DNA of 64,000 nt from Escherichia phage 4MG. The position numbers and the translations under genes are program-made. The stretch is taken from the sequence record NC_022968.1; one strand, 5' to 3'. Of the stretch, positions 53,646 through 63,443 are shown piece after piece (positions within the stretch are counted from its first letter, which is position 1; every line of letters starts with the position of its first letter). The notes beneath the pieces are model-generated. The model saw only the letters and a program-made list of their open reading frames with translations, made no database searches and had not been told where the DNA came from.

Positions 53646-54620
53646 ATGCTGAGTGCAGAAGAAATCCTTGATTTAAAAGCTAAAGGCCTGAGTAACCGTG
53701 AAATTGCTCGTCGTTATCTGGGAAAAGAAAGCAAGGAATCCCACATCCGTCTTATTCTTAAGGCGCATGAGTATAACAAGGAAGCTGAGAGAGTGATCAG
53801 TGATGTTATTGAGCAGCATCCCGGTGCTAAGATCTTCCTCGGTGACGTAGAAGTATCACCAACACTGGCTTGGGTCTTTAACCGATTCAAGGCGTTTGTA
53901 ACACCTTCCCACGTAGAGCATGAACCTTACATGTACACATGGGCTGGTAAGTGGTTACATAACCCTGCGATCATCAGTCGCAAACTTCCTGACTACGAAA
54001 CGTTCAAAACAGATATCCACGACGACCGTGAACTGGTTGAAGAACTGTGGCATATTTTGGATGAGTGTGATATCTTCATCGCACACAACGCTCGCTTCGA
54101 CAAAGGTTGGGCTAACCAGCGTTTCGCGTTCCACGGAATGAAACCGCCATCTCCGTACATCGTGATCGATACGCTTGCAGAACTCAAGTCAGCATTCTCC
54201 TTGCCTTCTAACGCTCTGGAAGCTGCGTGTAATTACTTCCAACTGGACGCTCGTAAGCGCCACCACGAAGGTATCACGCTGTGGATTCGTTGTTTCCACG
54301 GAGAGATTGAAGCATTCGAAGAAATGGAATACTACAACATCGGGGATATCCCGACACTTGAAGGTATCTACTTGAAAGTCCGTCCTTTCATGAAGAAACA
54401 CCCTAACGTGACCCTGTACAATGATGAAGACGAAAACACGGTCCTGCGCTGTGTCCGTTGTAACTCTGATCAGGTTGTTGAGATGCCGGGTAAGGTCGGT
54501 ACTACGTACCTGTCTAAGTTCCAGGCATACCGTTGTGAGTGCTGCGGTTCTGTGATGCGTGACCGCCGTAACATCCGTACTAAGGAAGAAATGGCTAACA
54601 CGCTTGTGAATATCATTTAA
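53646..54620 (+). CDS. DnaQ-like 3'-5' exonuclease with N-terminal HTH and C-terminal zinc ribbon (324 aa)
   Basis: HTH LSNREIARRY; exonuclease motifs FLGDVEV, FIAHNARFD, YYNIGD; CxxC...CECC. Confidence 0.5.
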   Translation: MLSAEEILDLKAKGLSNREIARRYLGKESKESHIRLILKAHEYNKEAERVISDVIEQHPGAKIFLGDVEVSPTLAWVFNRFKAFVTPSHVEHEPYMYTWAGKWLHNPAIISRKLPDYETFKTDIHDDRELVEELWHILDECDIFIAHNARFDKGWANQRFAFHGMKPPSPYIVIDTLAELKSAFSLPSNALEAACNYFQLDARKRHHEGITLWIRCFHGEIEAFEEMEYYNIGDIPTLEGIYLKVRPFMKKHPNVTLYNDEDENTVLRCVRCNSDQVVEMPGKVGTTYLSKFQAYRCECCGSVMRDRRNIRTKEEMANTLVNII

Positions 54621-54636
54621 GGGCTTCGGCCCTTTT
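54619..54636 (+). terminator. rho-independent terminator
   Basis: AAGGGC-ttcg-GCCCTT followed by TT(T)G after stop at 54620. Confidence 0.55.
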
Positions 54637-54651
54637 GCAAAGGAGAGAAGA

Positions 54652-55257
54652 TTGGATATTATTGTTCTTAACGCCCCGCCACAAAGCGGTAAAGATGAGA
54701 TCTCTGCGTATCTGTGCAAAGGTAATCCCAACATCAACCACGAAGAGGTAAAGGAACTCCTGTTTGAGGTTGCTATTCGTTCAGCGGGGATTTCCCGTGA
54801 GTTGTGGGATGCAATGTATACTCGTCGGTATAAAGAGATCCCAAGCCCATATCTGATGATTGATGGTGTGAATGTATCTCCACGTCAGTGGATGATCCAT
54901 TGCTCTGAGAAGGTTATCAAGCCGTTGTTTGGTAAGTCTGCATTTGGTAAGGCCGCTGTAGAGCACCTGAAAAAGACCTATGCGAATGATGAAGTCATTG
55001 TGTATTCTGATGGTGGTTTCAGGGAAGAAATCAAAGAGTTATCCGATTACGCATATTCAACTGGTGGTGAATTCTTCCTTGCACGTATCCACCGAAAAGG
55101 TTATGATTGGGGTAATGACAGTCGTAACTGGTTGTACCTTGATGGTATCAGAGGCCACGAACGTGACTTTGACAACAAAGAGGGCGGCATGATAGACTGT
55201 GCTGAAGAGGTTCTCGAATGGGCGAGAACTATTAGCTACGGAGAAGAGAATGCGTAA
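54652..55257 (+). CDS. deoxynucleoside monophosphate kinase-like protein (201 aa)
   Basis: TTG start after RBS AAGGAGAG; N-terminal IIVLNAPPQSGKDE resembles T4 gp1-type P-loop. Confidence 0.5.
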   Translation: MDIIVLNAPPQSGKDEISAYLCKGNPNINHEEVKELLFEVAIRSAGISRELWDAMYTRRYKEIPSPYLMIDGVNVSPRQWMIHCSEKVIKPLFGKSAFGKAAVEHLKKTYANDEVIVYSDGGFREEIKELSDYAYSTGGEFFLARIHRKGYDWGNDSRNWLYLDGIRGHERDFDNKEGGMIDCAEEVLEWARTISYGEENA

Positions 55258-55852
55258 ACCGCTAAATATCGGTATTGATGTTGACCTGACTTTTGTCGAT
55301 TCAGGGTCCCCTTGGATTCTATGGATGGAACAGGTGTATGGTGTGAGTGCTGACTACAAGCTTCCACCACCAAACCCACAAGGGAAACTCTACTACAACG
55401 TTTCCAAGTATTTTCCACCTGCAAAGGTAAATCAGGTTCCACCATACGAGTTCTGGGAAGACCCATACCTCTATGACAAACTGAAGCCTCTGCCTGGTGC
55501 AGTTGAAGCAGTAGCGGCTTGGGCCGAAGCTGGACACTTCAACCAGTTTGTGTCTTACTGTAAGAAAGGCCACTTCTCGTCTAAGGTGCGATTCCTGAAA
55601 CGTGAAACGGAAGAGTTTTTCAGTATCGAGCCAGGCTCAGGCCACGGGTTCTATGCAACGAAAAACAAAGCTGGTATCAAACTCGATGTCATCATTGATG
55701 ACCGCAACGAGTTCCTGAATCAGTTCGGTCCTGAAGTGATCAAGATTAAGTTCAAGACACCTTACGATCAGTCCGAAGAACTTCGTGTCTCGATTGACCT
55801 TGAGACCGATAACTGGGACGACATCCGGAAGTTTGTTCTGGACATTGCATAA
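55250..55852 (+). CDS. HAD-superfamily 5'-deoxyribonucleotidase (200 aa)
   Basis: HAD motif I IGIDVDLTFVD near N-terminus; ATG 55250 within ORF 55199..55852. Confidence 0.5.
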   Translation: MRKPLNIGIDVDLTFVDSGSPWILWMEQVYGVSADYKLPPPNPQGKLYYNVSKYFPPAKVNQVPPYEFWEDPYLYDKLKPLPGAVEAVAAWAEAGHFNQFVSYCKKGHFSSKVRFLKRETEEFFSIEPGSGHGFYATKNKAGIKLDVIIDDRNEFLNQFGPEVIKIKFKTPYDQSEELRVSIDLETDNWDDIRKFVLDIA

Positions 55853-56046
55853 TGAAGAGATGCCCCACAGGAGACTTCGTTGTCCACTATGGGGATTGGG
55901 TGGAGGTTTTCACCGAGGACGGAACCTTCCTCATATCCTTCAAAGCAACAAGCGACATGTGTCAGGACATCCTGACACGTTATCTGGTGTTTAAAGCAGG
56001 AATGAACCCTGAGACACCATATCGAATCAAAAGGAGAGGCAAATGA
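55852..56046 (+). CDS. hypothetical protein (64 aa)
   Basis: ORF track. Confidence 0.35.
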   Translation: MKRCPTGDFVVHYGDWVEVFTEDGTFLISFKATSDMCQDILTRYLVFKAGMNPETPYRIKRRGK

Positions 56047-56366
56047 CATTAAAACAAGAATCTTTCGACATCCTGAAAAATGAATTGCAACGCCGTGTGG
56101 ATAAGGTTCCACAGGTTATGGGGTTTGATGCCTATGGTATCACCGCCGCAGATATGGGTCTCGATGCCGATTTCATTAACCGACTGATCACTGAAGCCTA
56201 CCTTGGTATCTTCACTGCCGAAGAAGCTGAAGAAATGATCGCATTCCAGCAACGCTTTGCTGATCGCACCGCGATCCTTGAAAAGGTTGTGGAAGAAGCT
56301 GTTGGAAAGGTAATGGAAGCCAACAAAGAAAACATCCTGAAAAAACTGCAAGAAGGGGTTAAGTAA
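56043..56366 (+). CDS. hypothetical protein (107 aa)
   Basis: ORF track. Confidence 0.4.
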   Translation: MTLKQESFDILKNELQRRVDKVPQVMGFDAYGITAADMGLDADFINRLITEAYLGIFTAEEAEEMIAFQQRFADRTAILEKVVEEAVGKVMEANKENILKKLQEGVK

Positions 56367-57331
56367 TGACAGAAGCTGTAATCGCTCGCGTAGTAGCGGA
56401 TAGTGTTTCTCCGCAGGGACAACGTATTACAACTTTTGAGCTTGAATACCCGCGTATCATCCACAGTGAGTTGATGACGCACCGACTATTCAGTCGTAAT
56501 GCTATGAGTAGCCGTGCAATTCCGATCAAGAAGATGATCGAGCAGGTTCAGCAAAATCCAGCAATGCCTGTTAAGTTCGGGAAGAACCAGCCCGGTATGC
56601 AAGATGCAGGTGACCATAACCAGTTGATCGATGCGGGTTATGAACCCGCAACTTGGTGGGGACTAGCAGGGCTGAGTGCAGCACGATTTGCTGAGGCATT
56701 TGCAGAAGCTGGGTATCATAAGCAGATTGCAAACCGCCTTCTGGAGCCATTCCAGCGTATGAAGACGGTCCTGACTGCTACCGACTTCGAGAACTTCTGG
56801 TGGTTGCGTGTGGATAAGGATGCAGATCCTACCATCTTCGCACTGGCTGAAGCCATGAAGAAGGCCTTTGATGAGTCCTTACCAGAACTTCTGGAACCGG
56901 GACAGTGGCATACGCCGTATGTTGATCACGTCTACGAATACGAAGACATTGACGACAAAGAATGTGTTGTGTTTGTTGGGTATTGTGTTCTTGACGAGAA
57001 CGACAAGCCTGTTATGCTTACCGTTGAGGAAGCAAAGGCAATATCTGCCTCGTGTTGTGCTCAGGTCTCTTACCGTGTCCTGAACAACACAAAAGATAAG
57101 GCGCTGGACATTTATGGGAAACTTTTGAGCGGTAATAAGGTTCATGCTTCTCCGTTCGAACACCAGGCTACGCCACTTGTTCATGCTTCCTGTGATGAAC
57201 TGGAGAATGGGGCATTCGCTTGGGAAGAGGGCGTTACCCACGTTGACCGGAATGGGATGTTCTGGAGTGGTAATTTCCGTGGTTGGTCACAACACCGCCA
57301 GTTAGTTCCCAACAACGTAGTTTCAGGTTGA
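56366..57331 (+). CDS. thyX: flavin-dependent thymidylate synthase ThyX
   Basis: ThyX signature HSELMTHRLFSRNAMSSRAIP (RHR-S motif region). Confidence 0.75.
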   Translation: MTEAVIARVVADSVSPQGQRITTFELEYPRIIHSELMTHRLFSRNAMSSRAIPIKKMIEQVQQNPAMPVKFGKNQPGMQDAGDHNQLIDAGYEPATWWGLAGLSAARFAEAFAEAGYHKQIANRLLEPFQRMKTVLTATDFENFWWLRVDKDADPTIFALAEAMKKAFDESLPELLEPGQWHTPYVDHVYEYEDIDDKECVVFVGYCVLDENDKPVMLTVEEAKAISASCCAQVSYRVLNNTKDKALDIYGKLLSGNKVHASPFEHQATPLVHASCDELENGAFAWEEGVTHVDRNGMFWSGNFRGWSQHRQLVPNNVVSG

Positions 57332-57356
57332 CAAAGGTTCCAGTAATCCGTATCTT
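57328..57356 (+). promoter_or_regulatory. sigma70-like promoter (TTGACA, 17 nt spacer, TATCTT)
   Basis: -35 57328..57333, -10 57351..57356. Confidence 0.45.
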
Positions 57357-57412
57357 GGTTGTATGAATTGCGGGGAGAGTTTCTCCCCGATTATAGGCAG
57401 AATGGAGAATAC

Positions 57413-57889
57413 ATGAGTAAAACAAAACGCAAACCTACCCAACACATTTCGGTCACTTTGGACTTCCTGAGAACCGTTCCTGGATTCGATGTGACACAAG
57501 AAAGTGGACTCCGCGCTGCCCTTTATGCAGTAGGATTCCAAGTCTCCGACAGTGAGGGTAATCCTAAGCAAGTAACTATGCTTAACAACAAAAATGTACG
57601 ATGTGCTAATTTGCCATATTTGTACCGTAAGACCACGATCTTTGTCGGTGACATGCGTCCGGACTATCCGTATGCAAAAATTTATAACGGCGTTGACATC
57701 CTTGATGTCGGTGTGTATTCAGAGCGCGACATGGAGTTCGTTATCGACTTGCCTTATGACATCCCGGTAAACGAAAAAGTCAACACCCGTAAGTACACAA
57801 AACGCGGTGACCGCCCAGACTCGTTCGATATTACGTTCAATAGTGAAGATGAAGCACGTCTGAGTGACGCATTTGGTCTGGGGGACTAA
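57413..57889 (+). CDS. hypothetical protein (158 aa)
   Basis: ATG 57413 after GGAGA within ORF 57359..57889. Confidence 0.4.
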   Translation: MSKTKRKPTQHISVTLDFLRTVPGFDVTQESGLRAALYAVGFQVSDSEGNPKQVTMLNNKNVRCANLPYLYRKTTIFVGDMRPDYPYAKIYNGVDILDVGVYSERDMEFVIDLPYDIPVNEKVNTRKYTKRGDRPDSFDITFNSEDEARLSDAFGLGD

Positions 57890-58119
57890 TGAGTAAAGAG
57901 AAGACCAAGTGGAAAGACCGTGGCTTTGATGATAAGCATCACTACGCCGGGTGGCTCTACTTCAATGATTTGACCGATGACAGTAAGATGTACGATGATG
58001 TTTACTATGATCAATATTCTGGTAAAATAATCAATGTCACTGCTCCGTCTGAAGAAACACCTCAAGACGAGGAAGTTGACGAAGCCGATAAATATCTTGC
58101 TCAATTCGAAGAGAAATAA
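57889..58119 (+). CDS. hypothetical acidic protein (76 aa)
   Basis: ORF track. Confidence 0.4.
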   Translation: MSKEKTKWKDRGFDDKHHYAGWLYFNDLTDDSKMYDDVYYDQYSGKIINVTAPSEETPQDEEVDEADKYLAQFEEK

Positions 58120-58128
58120 GGAGAAAGT

Positions 58129-60444
58129 TTGATCAATACAGTTGTAAAGAGTGATGGAACAGAAGTTGTGTTCGAGCCGGAACGTCTTAACAAAGCAGCA
58201 ATCTTTGGTGATGACGGCAATGGCAACTGGTCACATATCTCAATGGACGCTTACAAGCGTCTGTATGACGGTTGCACCACTCGTGAAGTAAACCAGGCAT
58301 TGATCGACGCTTGTGTAAGTCGTAAAGATGAAGCTCACTCCCGCATGGCTGGACGTGTTCTCATCGGGCAGATCTACAAAGAGGCGTATGGTGGTTTTAC
58401 AAAGATCCCTACGCTGTTTAACTTCTACCACTACATGACCAATATCGGCTACTGGGAAGATATGGGTTATGACTCTTTCGACCTGATTAAGCTGGAAGAA
58501 GCTATTGATCACTCGAAAGACCTGAGTTATGGTTATGCGGTTCTGAAACAGTTCCGCGATAAGTACGGTATCAAGGACAACATCAACGATGTTCTGTTTG
58601 AATCTCCGCAGATGATGTTCATGGGTATCGCAATGGCAGTAATGAAACGTATGCCGAAGGAACGCCGTATCAATGACGTTATCCAACTGTACACGTACCT
58701 GTCTGATCTGAAGATCAATGCTCCAACGCCGTACCTGAATGGTCTGCGTACTGGTCGCACTGGCTATGCGTCATGTTGCATCATCAAAGCAGACGACACA
58801 GCTAAGAGCATCGGTGTTGCTCGTGAAGTTGCGTACACAATGACGGTTGCACAGGCCGGGATTGGGTATTACCTGTCCTCCCGTTCAATCGGTGATGGTG
58901 TCCGTGGCAATACGATCAAACACATGGGTAAAATCCCATATTACCGTGGGATTGACTCTGGTGTGAAAGAGAACCGTCAGTCAACTCGTGGTGGCTCTGC
59001 AACAGTTTCGTTCTTGGCTATCGACCCACAAGTCGAAGACCTGATGAAGCTGAAGAACCCGCTCACAGTGACCTCTAAACGCCTGAACACAATGGATTAC
59101 TCCATCGGTATTAACCAGTCGTTCATGAACCGTGTGGCTAAGAACCTTGACTGGATGCTGGTCTCTTACAAGGATGCACCTCAGTTACACGAGGGTATGT
59201 TTAAGATGACCATGCAGGAGTTCGATGCGGAAGTTGCTCGTATCGCAGCGGATAAGAAGATCCCTAAGACTTGGGTTAAAGCCCGTGACTTAGCTCTGGA
59301 GATCATCACACAACGAGCAGAAACAGGTCGCCTGTACGTGTACTGGCCTGATGAGATGAACCGACACACGCCGTTCCTGGAGACAATTTACTCCTCTAAC
59401 CTGTGTCAGGAAATCTGTCTGCCGACCAAGGGCTACAAAGATATGCGTAATATCTTCAACCCTGTTGCAGACGATGGTGAGGTTGCGCTATGCTTCCTGT
59501 CCTCTTTGGTTGCTGGTCGTGTTACTCCTGAAGAGTACGAGGATGTTGCTTACTACACCGTCCTGATGATCGATAACGTTATGGATATCATGGAATATCC
59601 GTATGAGAACATGAAGCACACAGCCGAATCTCGTCGTTCGATTGGTGTTGGCCTGACTAACCTTGCTCACTACATCGCGAAACACAAAGTCGCGTATGGT
59701 TCTCCGGAAAGCAAGCAGTTGGTTCACGATCTGGCAGAACTGCACAGCTACAGCCTGCACAAGGCAAGCTTGCGACTGGCGAAAGAGCGTGGTGTGGCAC
59801 CGTGGATGCATAAGACCAAATACCCTCAGGGTTGGTTGCCTATCGACACCTATAACAAGGCAGTTGATAGTGTTGTGAAGAATCCGAGTCTGAAGCAGGA
59901 CTGGGAAACTCTGCGACAGGAAATCATCAAGAATGGTGGTATTCGTAACAGTGTTCTGGAAGCGTATATGCCGAACGAAAGTTCCTCATTGGCTACCAAC
60001 ACAACCAACGGTCTGTATCCGGTACGTGATCATGTGATCTTCAAGAAATCGCCTCAAGGCTCTGTGCTGTTTATTGTGCCTGAGTATGAAGAACTGAAGG
60101 ATTACTACACCTCTGCGTGGGATATCAACACAAACGACCTGATTGACATTTACGCCATCATTCAGAAGTTCGCAGGCCAGGCAATCAGTGCTGACCTCTA
60201 CATCGACTACACCCAGTTGAAAGACGGGAAGATTTCGATGAAAGACCAGATTGGTTATCTGATCCGTGCGACGAAGATGGGGATGAAGACCTGGTACTAC
60301 CTGAACTCGAAGGTTGGTGCTGGCGACTCCCTCACCGCAGAACTTCAGGCGAAGAAAGAAGCAGAAGAGGCCACCCGCAAGGATTATCCTCTGATCGCTG
60401 ACAACTCTGTCGAAGATCCGTACTGTGAAGGTTGTGCATTGTAA
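58129..60444 (+). CDS. nrdA: ribonucleotide reductase class Ia large subunit
   Basis: TTG start after RBS; N-terminal ATP-cone, active-site SSNLCQEI, C-terminal CEGCAL. Confidence 0.85.
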   Translation: MINTVVKSDGTEVVFEPERLNKAAIFGDDGNGNWSHISMDAYKRLYDGCTTREVNQALIDACVSRKDEAHSRMAGRVLIGQIYKEAYGGFTKIPTLFNFYHYMTNIGYWEDMGYDSFDLIKLEEAIDHSKDLSYGYAVLKQFRDKYGIKDNINDVLFESPQMMFMGIAMAVMKRMPKERRINDVIQLYTYLSDLKINAPTPYLNGLRTGRTGYASCCIIKADDTAKSIGVAREVAYTMTVAQAGIGYYLSSRSIGDGVRGNTIKHMGKIPYYRGIDSGVKENRQSTRGGSATVSFLAIDPQVEDLMKLKNPLTVTSKRLNTMDYSIGINQSFMNRVAKNLDWMLVSYKDAPQLHEGMFKMTMQEFDAEVARIAADKKIPKTWVKARDLALEIITQRAETGRLYVYWPDEMNRHTPFLETIYSSNLCQEICLPTKGYKDMRNIFNPVADDGEVALCFLSSLVAGRVTPEEYEDVAYYTVLMIDNVMDIMEYPYENMKHTAESRRSIGVGLTNLAHYIAKHKVAYGSPESKQLVHDLAELHSYSLHKASLRLAKERGVAPWMHKTKYPQGWLPIDTYNKAVDSVVKNPSLKQDWETLRQEIIKNGGIRNSVLEAYMPNESSSLATNTTNGLYPVRDHVIFKKSPQGSVLFIVPEYEELKDYYTSAWDINTNDLIDIYAIIQKFAGQAISADLYIDYTQLKDGKISMKDQIGYLIRATKMGMKTWYYLNSKVGAGDSLTAELQAKKEAEEATRKDYPLIADNSVEDPYCEGCAL

Positions 60445-60451
60445 TTCTTAT

Positions 60452-60470
60452 GGGGCTTCGGCCCCGTTTT
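60452..60470 (+). terminator. rho-independent terminator after nrdA
   Basis: GGGGC-ttcg-GCCCC followed by GTTTT. Confidence 0.55.
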
Positions 60471-60481
60471 AGAGGGGAATA

Positions 60482-61570
60482 ATGGCTGTATTTAACGTTG
60501 AGAACACCGCTCATAAAACTGGTGACTATCCGCTGTTCTTAGGGCAGCAAATGGGGATGTATGACTCCATCAACAAAAAGTACCCGCAACTGTTCGACCT
60601 GTACAAAAAGCAGAAAGAGCAGGACTGGTCTGAAGATGAAGTTGAACTGAACCAATCCATTACCGATTTCGCGACCTGTAGCAAATCAACCTACGATGTC
60701 ATGGTCCAGACGATCATGTGGCAGTGGGAAGCCGACAGCGTTGCAGCACAGGCGATTATTTGTCTGTTCGCACCATTCATCACCAATAGTGAACTGTTTG
60801 CTATGATGATGAAGCAATCTGAGATTGAAGTTCTTCATGCTTTAACGTATTCTGATATTGTCCGTCAGTGTCTGCCAAACTCACGACAGATCATTGAAGA
60901 CATTCAGAATAACCAAGCTGTTCTCGAACGCTCTGGTGTAATCGTGAAGTATATGCGTGAACTGGAAGTTCTCGGTGCAAAATACCGTATCGATCCTGAG
61001 TCCGTGGACAAAGAAGAGATTCGCCGTGGTATTCTGCGAGCGCTGTTCTCTCTGCTTGGTCTTGAAGGTATCGAGTTCATCTCCAGCTTTGCATGTACCT
61101 TTGCACTGGCAGAACAGGGTGTGTTCGTTCAGGTCGGTCAGCTTGTCCAGAAAATCATGCTGGATGAAATGCTGCACACCAAGATGGACTTCGGTGTTAT
61201 TGACATTCTCCTGAAAGACCCTGTGTGGAAAGATAGTTTCTACGCTATCAAGTCAGAACTGAAGGCGATCCTCGATGAGGTACGTACAAACGAGTATGCA
61301 TGGGGTGATTACCTGTTCAGTGAAGGCCGTGCGATCATCGGGCTTAACGCTCCATTACTGAAGGACTGGACAGACTGGAACTGCGCCCCGATCTACGATT
61401 ACTACGGTATCGAACGTGACTTCGAAGCACCAAAACGCGATCCTCTTCCGTTCATGGACACTTGGATGAACCCAAGCAAACAGCAGAATGCGAATCAGGA
61501 ACAAACCAACACCGATTATCGTGTCAACGCGGCAATTGATGACACTGAAGGCGAAACCTGGGATTTCTAA
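60482..61570 (+). CDS. nrdB: ribonucleotide reductase small subunit
   Basis: 362 aa ferritin-like ORF directly after nrdA; family assigned by recall. Confidence 0.8.
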   Translation: MAVFNVENTAHKTGDYPLFLGQQMGMYDSINKKYPQLFDLYKKQKEQDWSEDEVELNQSITDFATCSKSTYDVMVQTIMWQWEADSVAAQAIICLFAPFITNSELFAMMMKQSEIEVLHALTYSDIVRQCLPNSRQIIEDIQNNQAVLERSGVIVKYMRELEVLGAKYRIDPESVDKEEIRRGILRALFSLLGLEGIEFISSFACTFALAEQGVFVQVGQLVQKIMLDEMLHTKMDFGVIDILLKDPVWKDSFYAIKSELKAILDEVRTNEYAWGDYLFSEGRAIIGLNAPLLKDWTDWNCAPIYDYYGIERDFEAPKRDPLPFMDTWMNPSKQQNANQEQTNTDYRVNAAIDDTEGETWDF

Positions 61571-61580
61571 GGAGAAAAAT

Positions 61581-61937
61581 ATGACAGTGCAAGACAACGT
61601 TCCACTTAAACCGCTACGCTTAGTGGCTTACGACCCACAGAAACTCCATCTTTTCCTTGGTGGCGAACGGGTTAGTGGATTCATGCCATACCGTAAGATT
61701 TCCTTGCGCCGTGGTCTGAACGGCACGTTTGAAATGGAAATTTTCCTAAGTGGGGTGTCTTCTTGGGTCCCTAAGTTGCGTCAACTTTTAGGTTATGAAA
61801 TGGCTATCAGTGTTCAGTATCCAAATGAATTTGCTGATAATCTTGGTTTTGAGGATGTTGGTGTCCTCTCCGGATTCGACCTGCACTTCACCAACGAAGT
61901 TCCGGAAATTGTGTTCTACTTTAAAAATAAGGATTGA
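61581..61937 (+). CDS. hypothetical protein (118 aa)
   Basis: ATG 61581 after AAGGAGAAA. Confidence 0.4.
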   Translation: MTVQDNVPLKPLRLVAYDPQKLHLFLGGERVSGFMPYRKISLRRGLNGTFEMEIFLSGVSSWVPKLRQLLGYEMAISVQYPNEFADNLGFEDVGVLSGFDLHFTNEVPEIVFYFKNKD

Positions 61938-61938
61938 T

Positions 61939-62205
61939 ATGAGTATCAAAGACAATACCTTCGTGATCTATGGCAAAGATAGCTGCCCTCACTGTGTTCG
62001 TGCGAAAGAATTCGCAAAGTCAAAAGGTCTTGACTTCCTGTACATGACCCTTGACAAGAACTATACAAAGGAAGAACTGGTTGCCAAATGTGCTCCAGTG
62101 ATCCCGACAACCGTCCCACGCGTATTTATGGAAGTAGACGGTACTGAGCGTTATGTAGGGACCGCAGATGAGTTTATCGCATTTGTGAAATCTCATAACA
62201 TCTGA
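61939..62205 (+). CDS. glutaredoxin/NrdH-like redoxin (88 aa)
   Basis: CPHC active-site motif near N-terminus; adjacent to nrdAB. Confidence 0.6.
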   Translation: MSIKDNTFVIYGKDSCPHCVRAKEFAKSKGLDFLYMTLDKNYTKEELVAKCAPVIPTTVPRVFMEVDGTERYVGTADEFIAFVKSHNI

Positions 62206-62234
62206 TTGACAGTCGTCTAAAAACCATATAAGAT
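62206..62234 (+). promoter_or_regulatory. sigma70-like promoter (TTGACA, 17 nt spacer, TAAGAT)
   Basis: -35 62206..62211 immediately after redoxin stop. Confidence 0.4.
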
Positions 62235-62282
62235 TAACTAAGCCCATCCTCATGTTGTTGGTGGGCCACAAAGGAGAAAAGA

Positions 62283-62423
62283 ATGAGCAAACGTACTCTG
62301 CGTAAGGCATATCAAAAGGAACTGGCACTGGAACTGCGTGGTAAAAAGCGTAAGACTAAACGTGCCACTGAAGACGAACTCCTGCAACTGGTAGCTGACG
62401 CTGCTGCCCGTAGCACATACTGA
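62283..62423 (+). CDS. small basic protein (46 aa)
   Basis: ATG after RBS AAAGGAGAAAAG; hand-translated. Confidence 0.3.
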   Translation: MSKRTLRKAYQKELALELRGKKRKTKRATEDELLQLVADAAARSTY

Positions 62424-62431
62424 GGTAACCC

Positions 62432-62857
62432 ATGACTGACGTTATCAATGATGAAGGACAAACATTCGTCCCAATGCCACAATCAGAGCTTGACACTATT
62501 CTGTTTGGTGACCACGAGCAACTGGCCCGTGACTTTGTTGGTCTTGTATTCCCACGACTGATTAATCAGTTCAGTGAACAGACTCAATACCAGATCGAGG
62601 CAATGCGCCAGATGAAGTCTAGTTCAAAAGACCCGGCTTTCGAAAAGGAACTGAATGCCGCTCAGGTTCGCCTGAAAAAGGCTCTTTCCGAAGAGGTTAT
62701 GCAAAAAGTTATGGATAAGATGGTCTATCTCCTGAAAGAAGAGCTTGCGCCACATGAGCTGGCCTATGCTATCTACCAGGAACGTATTACCATCAAGATC
62801 TCTGGGATTGCCGCCCAACTTGAAACGGCTTTTGAAGAGGCGCTAGGAGAGGGTTAA
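62432..62857 (+). CDS. hypothetical protein (141 aa)
   Basis: ORF track. Confidence 0.4.
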   Translation: MTDVINDEGQTFVPMPQSELDTILFGDHEQLARDFVGLVFPRLINQFSEQTQYQIEAMRQMKSSSKDPAFEKELNAAQVRLKKALSEEVMQKVMDKMVYLLKEELAPHELAYAIYQERITIKISGIAAQLETAFEEALGEG

Positions 62858-62876
62858 TCCGTAAGGAGGTCTTCTT

Positions 62877-63431
62877 TTGAAACTAACGCTTGAACAACTC
62901 AACAAGATTTTTCCAGTAGGTGCATCCGCTGGGCGTAACGCAAAGTTCATTGATGCACTGAACGACTTGTTTGAGAAGGGTGGTATTAATACTGTCAACC
63001 GTATCGCCGGATTCCTCTCCCAAATTGGTGTGGAGTCTGCCGAGTTCCGTTACGTCAAGGAGCTTGGGAAGGATTCGTACTTTGATAAGTATGATACTGG
63101 CTCTATCGCAAAGCGTCTTGGTAACACCCCAGAGAAGGATGGGGATGGGGCCAAGTACAAGGGGAGAGGCCTGATTCAGGTAACCGGACTTGCAAACTAC
63201 AAAGCTTGCGGTAAGGCACTTGGTCTGGACCTCGTTAACCACCCAGAATTGCTTGAACAGCCTAAGTATGCAGTTGCCAGCGCTGGTTGGTATTGGAACA
63301 TGAGAAACATCAACGCCGCTTGCGATGCTGATGATATCGTTAAGATTACCAAGCTGGTAAACGGTGGTACAAACCACCTGGCCGAGCGCACAGCCTATTA
63401 CAAAAAGGCAAAATCTGTTCTAACCTCGTAA
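62877..63431 (+). CDS. GH19 chitinase-like endolysin (184 aa)
   Basis: TTG start after AAGGAGG; motifs AGFLSQIGVESAEF and YKGRGLIQVTGLANY typical of family 19 lysozymes. Confidence 0.65.
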   Translation: MKLTLEQLNKIFPVGASAGRNAKFIDALNDLFEKGGINTVNRIAGFLSQIGVESAEFRYVKELGKDSYFDKYDTGSIAKRLGNTPEKDGDGAKYKGRGLIQVTGLANYKACGKALGLDLVNHPELLEQPKYAVASAGWYWNMRNINAACDADDIVKITKLVNGGTNHLAERTAYYKKAKSVLTS

Positions 63432-63443
63432 GGAGAACCAATA

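Noticed and set aside
53446-53646. Possible 66-codon ORF between endonuclease VII-like and exonuclease genes
   Set aside because: Only TTG or internal ATG starts with poor RBS spacing; left unannotated, though the gap may hold a small gene.
54189-54737. 182 aa minus-strand ORF
   Set aside because: Antisense to the exonuclease gene 53646..54620; no RBS.
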